Source of the DNA: Dehalococcoidia bacterium
GTDB taxonomy: Bacteria > Chloroflexota > Dehalococcoidia > Lucifugimonadales > UBA3495
Length of the DNA: 64,000 nucleotides
Assembly (NCBI GenBank): GCA_963666415.2
Contig: CAXXPD010000003.1
Span: 144,961 to 208,960 of the forward strand
Direction: 5' to 3'
Positions 48,962-59,627 of this stretch are shown piece by piece; within the stretch, counting starts at the first letter, position 1, and each line of letters begins with the position of its first letter. The notes below the pieces were generated by a model, which made no database searches, was not told the origin of the DNA, and saw nothing but the letters and a program-made list of their open reading frames with translations. The translations under genes and the position numbers were made by a program.

Positions 48962-49666
48962 ATGACCTCCCCGCTGAACGAAGCCTCGGTTGAGCAGGCC
49001 GCCATCGACTGGCTGAAGGGCCTGGGCTGGCAGTATGCCTACGGTCCGGACATCGGGCCGGACGGGGCAACGCCCGAGCGGGAATCTATGGCCAGGTGGT
49101 GCTGGGACAGCGGCTGCGGGACGCCCTGGGCGAGATCAATCCGGCGCTGCCCGCCCCAGCGTTGCAGGACGCCTTCCGGCGGGTGACCCGTCCCGAGGGA
49201 GCCACCCTGGAACAACGCAACCGCGCCTTCCACAAGATGCTGTTCGAGGGCGTGAACGTCGAGTATCCCGCTGGCGGCGGTGCGATGCGGGGCGCCAACG
49301 TCAAAGTCATGGACTTCGACAACCCCTCCCTCAACGACTGGCTGGCCGTGAACCAGTTCACCGTCGTGGAACACAACAACGAGCGCCGTCCCGACATCGT
49401 GCTGTTCGTCAACGGCCTGCCCCTGGGTGTCATCGAGCTGAAGAACCCGCTGGACAAGGATGCCGACGCCGGCGCCGCCTGGAACCAGCTACAGACCTAT
49501 AAGGCGGAGATACCGTCCCTGTTCGACTGCAACGAGTTGCTGATGATCTCCGACGGCATGGAGGCGCGTATGGGCAGCCTCACCGCCGGGCTGGAATGGT
49601 TCAAGCCGTGGCGCACCATCACCGGCGAGGACCTGGCCGACCCCAACCTGCCCCAACTCCAGGTGT
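48962..49666 (+). pseudogene. hsdR: type I restriction enzyme HsdR, N-terminal nuclease domain only (frameshifted and truncated)
   Basis: 1-nt deletion near 49086 (ERES|MARW). [19 protein letters not shown] is the PD-(D/E)xK core. The HsdR-like reading ends near 49666, where the rve-type IS fragment begins. Confidence 0.8.
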
Positions 49667-49724
49667 CCCGCGTCAAGCATTCTTGCCGGTTCCTGTTGCC
49701 TCATTGATAAATGTTACCGAAACT

Positions 49725-50639
49725 TTAGCACCTGGGGTCCCTCCCGACCAGCGCTAATTCCGGCATTGCAGCGGGTCCCGCCATGGGCTCACCAGCCGTG
49801 GCGTAGACCAGCTTTTTGGCCATGATGCCGCGCCACTGCTGCACCCTGCGCTGCAGCGTCCGCAGGTGAGCCCGGCTGAACCGATCCGGTTCGGCCTCTT
49901 GCAGTCGGCCCAGCAATACCACCGCACTGGCGTCCGGGTCTTCCTGCAACCAGCCCAGCACGTCGCACCACACTCCTTCGAAATGGTCGGGCCGAGTTCG
50001 CCAGGTGCGGGGCGGTTGCACCCGCCGCTCCCGTGCGGTATGCGCTGCATCCTGCCGCCACCAGTCGGGCAACTTGGCCAGGAACTGTTCCAGGCTCTCG
50101 CCGCTGGGAGTGGGCCGGATTTCGGGAGACGTAACCGCGGCCAGGGCCGACTGGGCTTCCCGGATGGCGTGCAGCAGCGCCACCGGGTCCAACTGGACCC
50201 GATATTCACTCAGCGCCGCCTTCATCTCCACGCTGACCGCGTCATGCTGCATCAGCCGATCGCAGGGCGTGGCTGGCGGGCTGTACCGCTTGACGACCCT
50301 GGAGCCGTGCCGAGTTTTCTCAACCAACTTGAACGACGGCTGGAAGTAGTTCACGTACCGTCGCACCGCTCCGTACAGGTGGGCCATGGTCGGTCCGGCC
50401 ACCGCGCCGGAGTAGCGGTCGTGACCGACGAAGTGGCGGACCACCGCGCCGTTCTTCTGCTCGATCCAGGCCTGGTCGTTCTTGCGGTAGGGCCGCGAAC
50501 GGGTGAACTCGATGCCCCGCTCGGCGCAGTACTTGGTGAGAGTAGCGTTGATGAATACGCTGTCGTTGTCCGAGTCGATGCCTTTGACTGGGAAGGCCCA
50601 TTGCCTCAAATCAAATGTTACTGACCTTCGGTCGCACAA
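49725..50639 (-). pseudogene. rve-type (integrase-core DDE) transposase, 5'-truncated
   Basis: GIDSDNDSVFIN...FTRSRPYRKNDQAWIEQKNGAVVR. The N-terminal HTH and the first catalytic Asp are missing. Confidence 0.7.
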
Positions 50640-51598
50640 GGTCTCCTAGCGGATCCAGCCACGAAATTGGAAACGTCTGACCAGCGTCGTCGGCAAGACT
50701 CGCTGCAACACATCGGCGAAACTGTTTGGGACGTTCGTCATGCCAGCCCTCCGCCTTATTGATACCCCATCTGGTTCGCGCAAAGGTTCATTACGTAAAC
50801 CATTCCGTGCGGGGATTCTTACCGCCGGCCCGATGGCGGATTTCGCCGCCCCGTTTTGAACCTTCACGATTGCGGATGCGCCACATCATCCACCCCCGGG
50901 TCGTCGTCCCAGCCATCCAATCCACGCCCATCGCGGCGCATTCCGTCGCCACCATAGCGCACCTGGCATTCCGCCTTGCGGGGACCATTCTGATACCGGA
51001 CTGCGCCTCGCCCAAGCGCCTTTCGCCCGCGTTCTTCCCGCAGCTCTCGCCGGCTCCTATTCACAGTAGCGGGCGTAGTCGGCCCTGATCTTCCCCATGG
51101 TGAGCTCCCCTCTCTCCAGTTGACCACGCAACCGCTCCTCCATCGCCTCGGCGCTTAGCATTACGGTGCCGCTGGCGCCGGACGTGGTCAGCCGATGCAG
51201 GGTGGTGGTGGTGTCCGTCAGGCATACCGCCTATCGACGCACCATACGATCGTCGGTGTCACCTCCGCAGGCCAACCCGATCCACAGGCCGACAACCATC
51301 AGCAGCGTGTTCAACAACCGATGCACGGTTCGTTCTTCCAGGCGCCGTATGACACGCAGTCGTCAAGGGCGTCTCAAGCCATTGGACAACTGGTCCGGCA
51401 TCCTCTCACCGAACAGATCGGACGCCACCGCGGCGAATTCGGGATCGACGAAGTAGCTCTGCAACGGGCTGTTGGCCGCCACCGGCCGCGACAGCGCCAG
51501 GCCCCGCTCCCGTTGTAACCTCCGCAGCACGTGGCCCATCCTCATCAGCAACGAGCGCAACTCCACCGGCTCCAGGTCGGCACGTTGGCAAAGTACAT

Positions 51599-52963
51599 TA
51601 GTAGAGTACCGGGAGGTGGTGTAAAAGAATCGGTGTAGCCCAAAGCTAACCACCGCGTCATCCTTGATCGGAAATGCCAGACCTGAACAAGGAGAACGAT
51701 GGTGGTCAAGCAAAGAATGGATCTTTTGGAATTATTACGCAAGCGTGGTATGGACGGAGACGTGGACTTTCTGCGGGAAGCACTGCGGGTCCTGGTGGAC
51801 GGCATCATGGACGCCGAGGTTTCCGCCCAGATCGGCGCTGAGCACGGCGAACGCAGCCCAGAGCGGGTCACCTACCGCAATGGCTACCGCAACCGCACCT
51901 GGGACACCCGGGTCGGCACCATGGAGTTGCATATTCCCAAGCTGCGGGAAGGCAGCTACTTCCCCAGCCTGCTGGAACCGCGGCGGCGCAGCGAGAAAGC
52001 CCTGCTGGCCGTCATCCAGCAAGCCTATGTAGAAGGCGTGTCCACCCGACGGGTGGATGATCTGATCAAGGCCCTGGGCTGCGACGGCATCTCCAGCAGC
52101 CAGGTGTCGCGCATCTGCGAGCAACTGGATGAGGTGGTGGAGAGTTTCCTGGGTCGGCCCCTGGACGGTGGTCCCTACCCCTACGTGTGGCTGGACGGCC
52201 TGACCCAGAAGGTGCGGGAGGGCGGCCGCATCGTCAACGTCTGCGTGGTGGTGGCGACGGGGGTCAATGCCGAAGGGCAGCGTGAGATCCTGGGTATGGA
52301 CGTGGGCGCCAGCGAGGACGGCGCCTTCTGGCTGGCCTTCCTGCGGTCGCTGACCGCTCGGGGCCTCAGCGGGGTGGAGCTGGTAACCTCCGATGCTCAC
52401 CAGGGGCTGAAGAACGCCATCGCCGCGGTGTTTGCTGGGGCCAGCTGGCAACGCTGCCGCACCCACTTCATGGCCAACCTGCTCACCCGAGTGCCCAAGC
52501 GTGCCCAACCCGGCGTGGCCACCATGGTACGCACCATCTACCAGCAACTGTCTCCCGCCGAGGTCCACGGCCAATTGAGTCGAGTGGTGGAACAACTCCG
52601 GGAGCCCTTTGCCCAGGTGGCCGAACTGCTGGCGGATGCCGCGCCGGACATCCTGGCCTTCACGGCCTTCCCAGTGGCCCACTGGCAGAAGCTGTGGTCC
52701 AACAACCCGCAGGAACGGCTGAACCGGGAGATAAGGCGCCGGACTGACGTGGTGGGCATTTTCCCAACCGGCTGTCGGCGCGGCGCCTGGTGGGCGCGGT
52801 GCTGGCCGAGCAACACGACGAATGGGCCGAAGCCCGCCGCTACCTCACCATCCCCAACGCCGCCGGCAACGAGGCACTGCCGAAGCCCAATATGCTGGAC
52901 GCAGCGGCCTGATCAACATCAAAAGGGATGACGCGCTTTTACACTACTTGACGGGACACTACC
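51599..52963 (+). mobile_element. IS256-family insertion sequence, copy D
   Basis: Same termini as the other copies. No flanking duplication found. Confidence 0.85.
51699..52931 (+). pseudogene. IS256-family transposase with a 3' frameshift
   Basis: One C is missing near 52763 (TTCCCAACC versus TTCCCCAACC). The last roughly 55 aa are out of frame relative to copy B. Confidence 0.8.
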
Positions 52964-53271
52964 CATTGCGGTGGATACCCCTTTCGCCCGCCCGCCACAC
53001 GTGCCACAACACCCGCCCGGCCGCGACGTCCAGACCCGCCGTGAAGTCGGCAGCCAGCTCCTCCGTCCAGTGGCCTGGCACCAACATTGCAGAAGTTGCC
53101 GTTGTCCCCCGCTCCAGAACAGTGTCCACCGCCGCTGTTCTCTCCTCCGTTGGGGCAGGGCGCGGCCCATCCCGAACCTCGCCGCCTGCGTTGTCCACGC
53201 CGCCGATGCGGCGCAGCACCAGGACCACCTCGCCCACGTCTCCCTCCAGTTCCAGGTGCAACTTCACCACT

Positions 53272-53517
53272 TCAGTCGTTCCCCCTGGAAGCCTGCCGGC
53301 GGCTCCGCCACCACCCGATGGCGATTGCCGCGCCAATGGCGACTACGGACATTCCCACCGTGAACGGCAGCGTCATCATGATTATCAGCCGGCTGGCTTC
53401 CGGCCTGGCGCCCGCTACGGTGACGCCCAATATGGACTGGATTATCACCGCGAGGATCAGAACCGCCCATACGCCGGCAACGGTCCAGACTGTTCTTAGC
53501 ACGATGGAGTTCGACAT
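53272..53517 (-). CDS. small membrane protein, possibly the 5' part of a larger decayed gene
   Basis: 81 aa with two or three hydrophobic spans. An overlapping frame (52964-53336) continues protein-like and runs into IS256 copy D. Confidence 0.3.
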   Translation of the reverse strand: MSNSIVLRTVWTVAGVWAVLILAVIIQSILGVTVAGARPEASRLIIMMTLPFTVGMSVVAIGAAIAIGWWRSRRQASRGND

Positions 53518-53949
53518 GGCGGCACCTGCACAAATCAGATTTGCTGATTGCGCGCAGATTATACAGTTCGGCCACTCCTGATAGACGACAATAAGTCCTG
53601 CCGGCCTCGCATTGCCTCAAATAGAAGGTGATTGACCGACCAACGGCAACCTGATATTGGTCACTTCACCGCGCTCCCAGGGTGGATGAATGTCCGTAAA
53701 AATGCCAGCCTAATCACGTTGAACATTGACAGCAACGAGCAACGCAACCTGTTTGGTCTCACCGCTGTGGGCGGTCAGCAGTTCGTCCGCCGCACCGCCC
53801 ACAGCGGTGAGACCATTTTATGTACCCTGCCCTTGGGAACATAAGGGCCAAGCGTCACCAAAATACGAGCCGCTGGCGCAGGTCAGGCGATGCGCCGCGG
53901 CGGCGGGTTACAATGGCGACAGCCATTCCCGTCCCAGGAGCTGCCGACC

Positions 53950-54114
53950 ATGACCACGCCGTCCGAAGCCGTTGAGATTTTCTGCGTGAAGTGCAAGGCC
54001 CGAACGGGCTCCAAGGACATTGAGGCCGTCACCATGAAGAACGGCCGTCCCGCCACCCGCGCCACCTGCGTGGACTGCGGCACGAAGAAGTTCCGCATCG
54101 GCCCTCTCCGCTGA
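53950..54114 (+). CDS. small Zn-ribbon protein (DUF5679-like)
   Basis: MTTPSEAVEIFCVKCKARTGSKDIEAVTMKNGRPATRATCVDCGTKKFRIG. Paralogue of 27711-27881. Confidence 0.7.
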   Translation: MTTPSEAVEIFCVKCKARTGSKDIEAVTMKNGRPATRATCVDCGTKKFRIGPLR

Positions 54115-54166
54115 TGAGACACCGCGTCGCGAACCCCATGACGCGCTGGCACGTCCCGCGGACATC

Positions 54167-55400
54167 ATGGCGCTGGACCTGGGCCTGACCACCCGCCAGC
54201 TGCTGTCCGCCCTGTACGATGTGGCCCTGGCCAGCCGCACCCACGCCCAGCGACTGAACGACACCCTGGAGCGCGGGCTCAACAGATCCGCCGACGCGGC
54301 CGCCCGGCGCACCGCCGCGGTGGGCCGCCGTCCCTACATCGCCGCCCGCACCGGCCCCGAGAGCCTGCTGGGCAGCCGGCTACCGCCCGAGGTTCCCGCA
54401 GACTGGACCGCGCTGTCCGTGGACGGCTCCCACATCGACGTGGACCGCCACCTGCCCCTGCGCTGCCACCTCATCAACCTGGGCGGCTGCGTCATCACCT
54501 ACGGGAAAGACTTCGGCTGCCAGCTGTTCAGCTAACCCGCCCTGGCCGTGGCCGACGCGGACCTCTACCTGCGGAAACCCGATGACCCCTCCGACGAGGT
54601 CCTCATCGCCGGCCCACTGCTGGGCGCGCTGCGCACCGTGCTCGAGGTGGAGCGCCTGGCCGACGCCGTGGAACAACTCCCCGATGATAAACCCGCATTG
54701 GCCCTGCTGGACGGCACCCTGGCCTTCTGGGACCTGCAGCGGGGTAACTACCCCAGATACGTGGCCGAGCGCCTGGTCGGACAACGCTTCCAGACCGCCT
54801 TGGCCCGTCTGCGGGCGGCTTCCACCGACCGCCGCCCGGTGGCCGTGGCCGCCTACACCTCACGGCCCCGAACCACCGAGGGGGCCGCCGACGTGCGCCT
54901 CATGCTCTGCGGCCAGGATGACGACGACTGCAACCGCCTCTGCAGCGCCCGCCGCTCGGAACTCGCGCCCTGCGACCGGGCGGCGGGCTTCGACGACCGC
55001 GAGTTGTTCGAGCTTGTGCTGGCACCGGGACACCGGTCGCCCCTGTACCGGTCCAGCCGCCTGGCGGCGCGCTTCGCCCTGGGATTGGCCACCGGCCAGG
55101 AGTGGAGCCACTTCTACTACCTCAACGGCGGCGCCGAGATCGCCCGCGTCGAGGCCCCCGACTGGCTGGCCAGCGACCTCGAGCCGCTCGCCCTCAGCCA
55201 TGCCATGCTGGTGAAACAGTACCAGCTGGGCCTGGGCCTATCCGGTGGCCATCTCCGAGGCCCACGAGCAGGCCATCATCTCCGGCCACGATCGTGCCGA
55301 GTTCCGCCGCATGACCCTCATGCTCCTGGAACAGCACGGCCGGCCTGCTCCGGAGTCCGCCAGGGCCACATCCAAGCGCCGGCCCTGGGTCCGAACACAT
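54167..55400 (+). pseudogene. NurA-like nuclease gene with an in-frame stop and a frameshift
   Basis: VDGSHIDVD and LLDGTLAFWD motifs. A TAA at 54533-54535 separates two ORFs in the same frame. The C-terminal AYPVAISEAHEQAIISGHDRAEF lies in another frame (from about 55236). Confidence 0.6.
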
Positions 55401-56105
55401 CTTCCCGTCAGGCCGATCACCCGCGCGGTGGTCAGGTTTCGGACCCGGCGGTCAGTCGGACCGGCGGCCGTGATGCCGAAGGGAGCTGCTCCCGAATGCC
55501 AGGAAGATCACCAATAAAAAGAGCCAGGCTCCGATGGAGGGTCGGAGCCTGGCTCATGCTCGACATCAACTCGGCCATTCCCTGGCGGGAAACCCGAATG
55601 CCGGTTGGCGGCCCGGTCGGCAACTCTGCCTGTTCTCAGGGCGGCTCTGATTGCGGGAAACGAATCAGGCCGCGGCAGCGTCGCCCACCGGGCCGACCAT
55701 GTCACCCTGCCATCTATGATTCAGCGTAATCAGCGAAACCACTTCACACCTCCGGTTCTGACGGGCTTAGCGCCCCTCGGTTCGCAACGGGTGAGGTGTC
55801 CCAGCCACCCCAGCGTTCACAATACATACTATACTATCCGGCAATAACTGTCAATGACGGGCTTCTGCCTCGCCATGTCCTGTCATTGGCTCCAGTCGAT
55901 AGGATTGGGTCCAGCTCGTCCGCCAGAAACACAACGTGCCCCAGCGCATCGCCGCCCGACGGGTTGCCGGTGGTGTGCCAATAGATGGCATCGTACAGCG
56001 ACCGCTCGTTGAGCAGGATGTCTGACGGCATAGCTTCGTTCCCTTGTTTCACGTAAAAACACCGGAAGGGTGATTAATTCCGACCCTTCCGGCGACAAGT
56101 GGCGT

Positions 56106-56330
56106 CTAGCTTTCCGCTTCCACCACAGCTACGACTTCCGCACCGCTGCCTCGCGTACGCATGCGCTGCCAGTAGTCGCGACCACGGTCAACAGCCTGGT
56201 TGGCGGTGGTCTGCAACAAATCCCGCGCCTCCCGGCCGCTGCGGGGAGACAGCAACATCCCCACCCCCACCCCCACGCCGATGCCGATGCTGGCGGTCAG
56301 CACTATTAAATCACGTTGCGTTCGCTTCAT
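56106..56330 (-). CDS. YtxH-domain protein
   Basis: 74 aa from the Met at 56330, with RBS GGAGG. GIGVGVGVGMLLSPRSGREARDLL is the YtxH pattern. Confidence 0.65.
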   Translation of the reverse strand: MKRTQRDLIVLTASIGIGVGVGVGMLLSPRSGREARDLLQTTANQAVDRGRDYWQRMRTRGSGAEVVAVVEAES

Positions 56331-56384
56331 ATGGTACCTCCTGTAATTGATGCTCCATTCCCGCCGGGGCCGTGCAGCGGTAAC

Positions 56385-56862
56385 CTGTACCGGCACCGCC
56401 GGCAGGTCGATGACCTCCCGGGTGCGCTGGGTCCAGCCCCCAGACCGGTGCGTCCCACCATCGGGACAGTTCTCTATCACATGCTCCACCCGCACGTGCT
56501 CCACCCGATGAGTGGGTGTCATGCGAGCGCGGGCGAAGCCATGGCGGCGCGGCTGGCGGGGTGGTTTGGGCTGGCAAGGTTTCCGGTTGGCTTTGGGCTT
56601 GAGGCCGGCATGCGGAGTGGGCCGCCCGGTTTCGCCGGACCTTCCAGTTCGGCAATCCCCCGCTCCAACCGCTCAATCATCCGCTACAGCTCCAGAACGG
56701 TGGCCCGCAGCTGGACGATGATGGCGATGAGAGCATCGCGGTCGGCGGTGCTCACGTCGACTTCGGTTTCCATGCCTTGTGTATGACACAACCACCGCCA
56801 CCCGCGCCAGCGTCCGGAAACCCAGATTCGCCCAATTCAACCCACCAACTCTGAACAGTTAC
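56385..56862 (-). mobile_element. IS66-family fragment (terminal inverted repeat plus about 115 transposase codons)
   Basis: The terminus CTGAACAGTTAC ends at 56862. Similarity to the IS66 copies stops near 56385. Confidence 0.75.
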
Positions 56863-57021
56863 CTCCCGCAGCAGCGCTACCTCTTGGTCCGAAGGCGGAC
56901 CGTCCTCGCCGGACCCACGACCGGCCAGTGCCCGTTTGCCGTACCGTACGGCCGCCCTGGCCAATTGCGCCCGGGTCCGGGTGTGCGCTTTCCGCAGTTC
57001 CGGAATGCTCGCAGTGGTCAT
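56863..57021 (-). pseudogene. truncated paralogue of 22835-23299 (first 53 codons)
   Basis: MTTASIPELRKAHTRTRAQL...EVALLRE, then the IS66 end. Confidence 0.7.
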
Positions 57022-58099
57022 TGGCTTACTCCGCGCTCCCTATTCCTTCCCAAATCTGATGATATTCTCACCAATCCTTCCGACTGACGTCAACTGCCTC
57101 TTGATCCGCGACACCGCAACTGCCCTCCCAGAGCTTGGGGGTGTGCTTGGCGTCAAGGGTGATTCTGAGTAAACAATCAGCCCAATCTGCACGGGGTAGC
57201 GTCATTAATTTCAGCAGGCTGGGCCGGCAAGTCTACAACCTCTCCTACTCGCAACGTAATCGAACGAGGGCTTCCCCGACTACGACACCCCGACTACAAC
57301 ACCCCGTTTCGCACCGGCGACGCCATCTGACGCGACCGGCGCGCGACACGCCTGGGCAATGCACGGCCCGAGCCGAGATAGTGGTGCGTAACACCTAACG
57401 ACGCTGGGTTGCCGCCGCCGTTGGTCCCCGAGAACCTTTCGGCTACGACATTCTGTGCGCCGCGGCCACACCTTCTGCAAACGGCCGGTCGTCCCCGGCA
57501 ATCCACCTGGCGGAACGGGCCGGCTGGCACATCTTTCGGGATCGCCTTGGCCCCTGTCTGACGGTAGTGCAATAGAGGCTTTCCCTTTTTCAGTAGGCTG
57601 GACCGCCGAAACGGGACACCAAAACACGTCCCCTTGTCTCCGCGTCCCCCATAATCAGGGTGCCGTATTCCCATCCTCCAGGTGGCGCTGCGCTAGCCAA
57701 CGGTCGGTCAGCGTCGCCTGGCCCGTTCATCCACCATCACCCCCGCCCTTGATACCTTCGCCAACTGCGTACCTCCACTCGGCGCGCACTCCGGACAACC
57801 CCACGTTGATCGACCATCGTTAGCCTGACCATAGATGCAGTGCCCTGCACAGAGGCCGTGTCACGCATGCGCCAGCGCCTCGACCGGTTGGCCACCGTGC
57901 TCACAACGAGTATCTGAGTGCCAGGTCGCCTCTAATTCTCCCCGGTAGCGTCACGAGAAGTCCATCTCGCCAACTGCTCTCCGCATCGATCCCGCCGCAA
58001 AGGCGCTCATGCCGATCGACTCCCGATCCGCGCAATACCGGATGGTGCCGGACGTCGCCGACGTCATTGTCCGGCTGAGGGCTATGGATACTGAGCGAT

Positions 58100-59491
58100 T
58101 TATCCCCCAGGAACGCTGTGTCTACGATAGTCCGGCCCCTGCAGTGGCAGCACGGTAACCACCATCTTGTCCAGGAGGCGCGACGCGATACGCGGGCGGG
58201 CCGTATCAATGTCGGACAGCCGGTTCGACGTGGTGATGATGGTGGGCAGACGCTCCTCATAGCGGTGATTGACGATCTGGAAGAGCTTATCCTCGGCGAA
58301 GGGCGTGTTGCGCTCCGCTCCCAGGTCATCCAGCACCAGCAACTGGGCGCTGCTGATCCGCATCAGCAGGTCAGCGTGAGCGACGGCGCTATCAGGACTA
58401 TAAGCAGCCCGTAGGTGGTCCAGCAAATTGGCGACCGTGGAAAAGTACACATCATCCCCCAAATTCCGGCGCGCCACGGCAGCCGCCACGGCCAGGTGGG
58501 TCTTGCCCACTCCATAGGGCCCCATGAGCATCAGCCATCCATTCGGACGTTCGGCATGGGCCCAGCGTTTGACGTAGGCGTGGGCAACGGCAAAAGCGGC
58601 GGCCTCCTCGGGAGTGAATATGCCGCCACCATCGGTCCAGAAAGAATCGAACGTCATGCGGTCCGCCATAGCGGCGGGTATCTCTCCCAGTTTGCGCATG
58701 GCGACATTTACCGGGCGGCCCAAGCTGTACACCTTGGAGAAGCCGTCGGCAGTATCGAGGCGGGTTCTGAGGAAATCATCCGCCTGGTCAAGGGAACCCC
58801 GCACGGTGATCACGGTTGGCAATCGCACTGAATGGCGGTGCGCCAGCAGCTGTAACAACCGGTCCTGCCCCCACGATGTCGTGGGATTAACCGGCAAGTC
58901 ATCCAACGCCAGGAACGAAGCATTGCGGACCTGTTCGAACATATCGGCGAAGCTGGGCTCTTCGTAGTCGTTGTCGAAGCCGGTCCTGAGGGAATCCAAC
59001 AGGTCAGCAGCGGTGATCAGCAGCGCAGGGTTGCCCAGGTCAATCTGCCGGTTCACAATCGCAGCGGCCAGATAGGTCTTGCCAGCGCCGCTGGGGCCAG
59101 TGATGGTAAACCAACCGACCGGATCCTCAGCATATCGGACCGCCGCATCCAGAACCGCGACGAAGGCACGGGTACTGACAATGTCAGCCGTGGGACCAGC
59201 GGGGTTCACAGCAGCAAAAGTAGACTCTCGGAGAATTCCCAGCCGGCTGTAACGCTCCAGGGCTTTGCTACGCCGCGCACCGTTGAGATCGGACTCCTGA
59301 CATCCACACGGATAAACCCGCCCGAAATCAGGGTGGGTGACGGGAACGTTGGTCGTCACCCATCCCACTCCATTGCAGATCGGGCACTTCCCGGCATCAG
59401 AACGAGTTGGCTGATCATGAACCGTGTCATCGACCGGGCGACTGGGCCGGTTCGAGACGGTACGGCGCAGGATATCACTCAGGTTTTCCAT
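58100..59491 (-). CDS. tandem DnaC/IstB-like AAA+ ATPase with an N-terminal Cys cluster
   Basis: 463 aa. Two Walker A motifs (GPSGAGKTYLA, GPYGVGKTHLA), two Walker B motifs (FLALDDL, LLVLDDLG), and CPICNG...CGC. Confidence 0.8.
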   Translation of the reverse strand: MENLSDILRRTVSNRPSRPVDDTVHDQPTRSDAGKCPICNGVGWVTTNVPVTHPDFGRVYPCGCQESDLNGARRSKALERYSRLGILRESTFAAVNPAGPTADIVSTRAFVAVLDAAVRYAEDPVGWFTITGPSGAGKTYLAAAIVNRQIDLGNPALLITAADLLDSLRTGFDNDYEEPSFADMFEQVRNASFLALDDLPVNPTTSWGQDRLLQLLAHRHSVRLPTVITVRGSLDQADDFLRTRLDTADGFSKVYSLGRPVNVAMRKLGEIPAAMADRMTFDSFWTDGGGIFTPEEAAAFAVAHAYVKRWAHAERPNGWLMLMGPYGVGKTHLAVAAAVARRNLGDDVYFSTVANLLDHLRAAYSPDSAVAHADLLMRISSAQLLVLDDLGAERNTPFAEDKLFQIVNHRYEERLPTIITTSNRLSDIDTARPRIASRLLDKMVVTVLPLQGPDYRRHSVPGG

Positions 59492-59627
59492 AGTAACGAT
59501 AACTGGGCTTTACGCTTTTTAAGCCGCGTAGGCAAGCGAATCTATGAGTCGGTGGTACAGAGCGGACGGGACTTTCCGTATATCAGGGTCAGCGGCTCGG
59601 CTTTGTACAATCAAGCGGCATAGGCTA

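Noticed and set aside
50640-51598. Additional transposase or regulator genes between the rve fragment and IS256 copy D
   Set aside because: Protein-like stretches (for example LSAEAMEERLRGQLERGELTMGKIRADYARYCE and ADLEPVELRSLLMRMGHVLRRLQRERG) are spread over several frames with stops between them. This looks like decayed coding DNA of unknown family.
55834-56052. The 72-aa minus-strand ORF downstream of the YtxH gene
   Set aside because: The first 40 residues are protein-like, but there is no motif and the tail is low-complexity. It may be a gene remnant and is not supportable as a feature.
57271-58099. ORFs 57280-57627, 57294-57674, 57455-57823 and 57901-58329
   Set aside because: They overlap one another, are Arg/Pro-rich, and have no motifs or RBS. 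The region is treated as non-coding or decayed.
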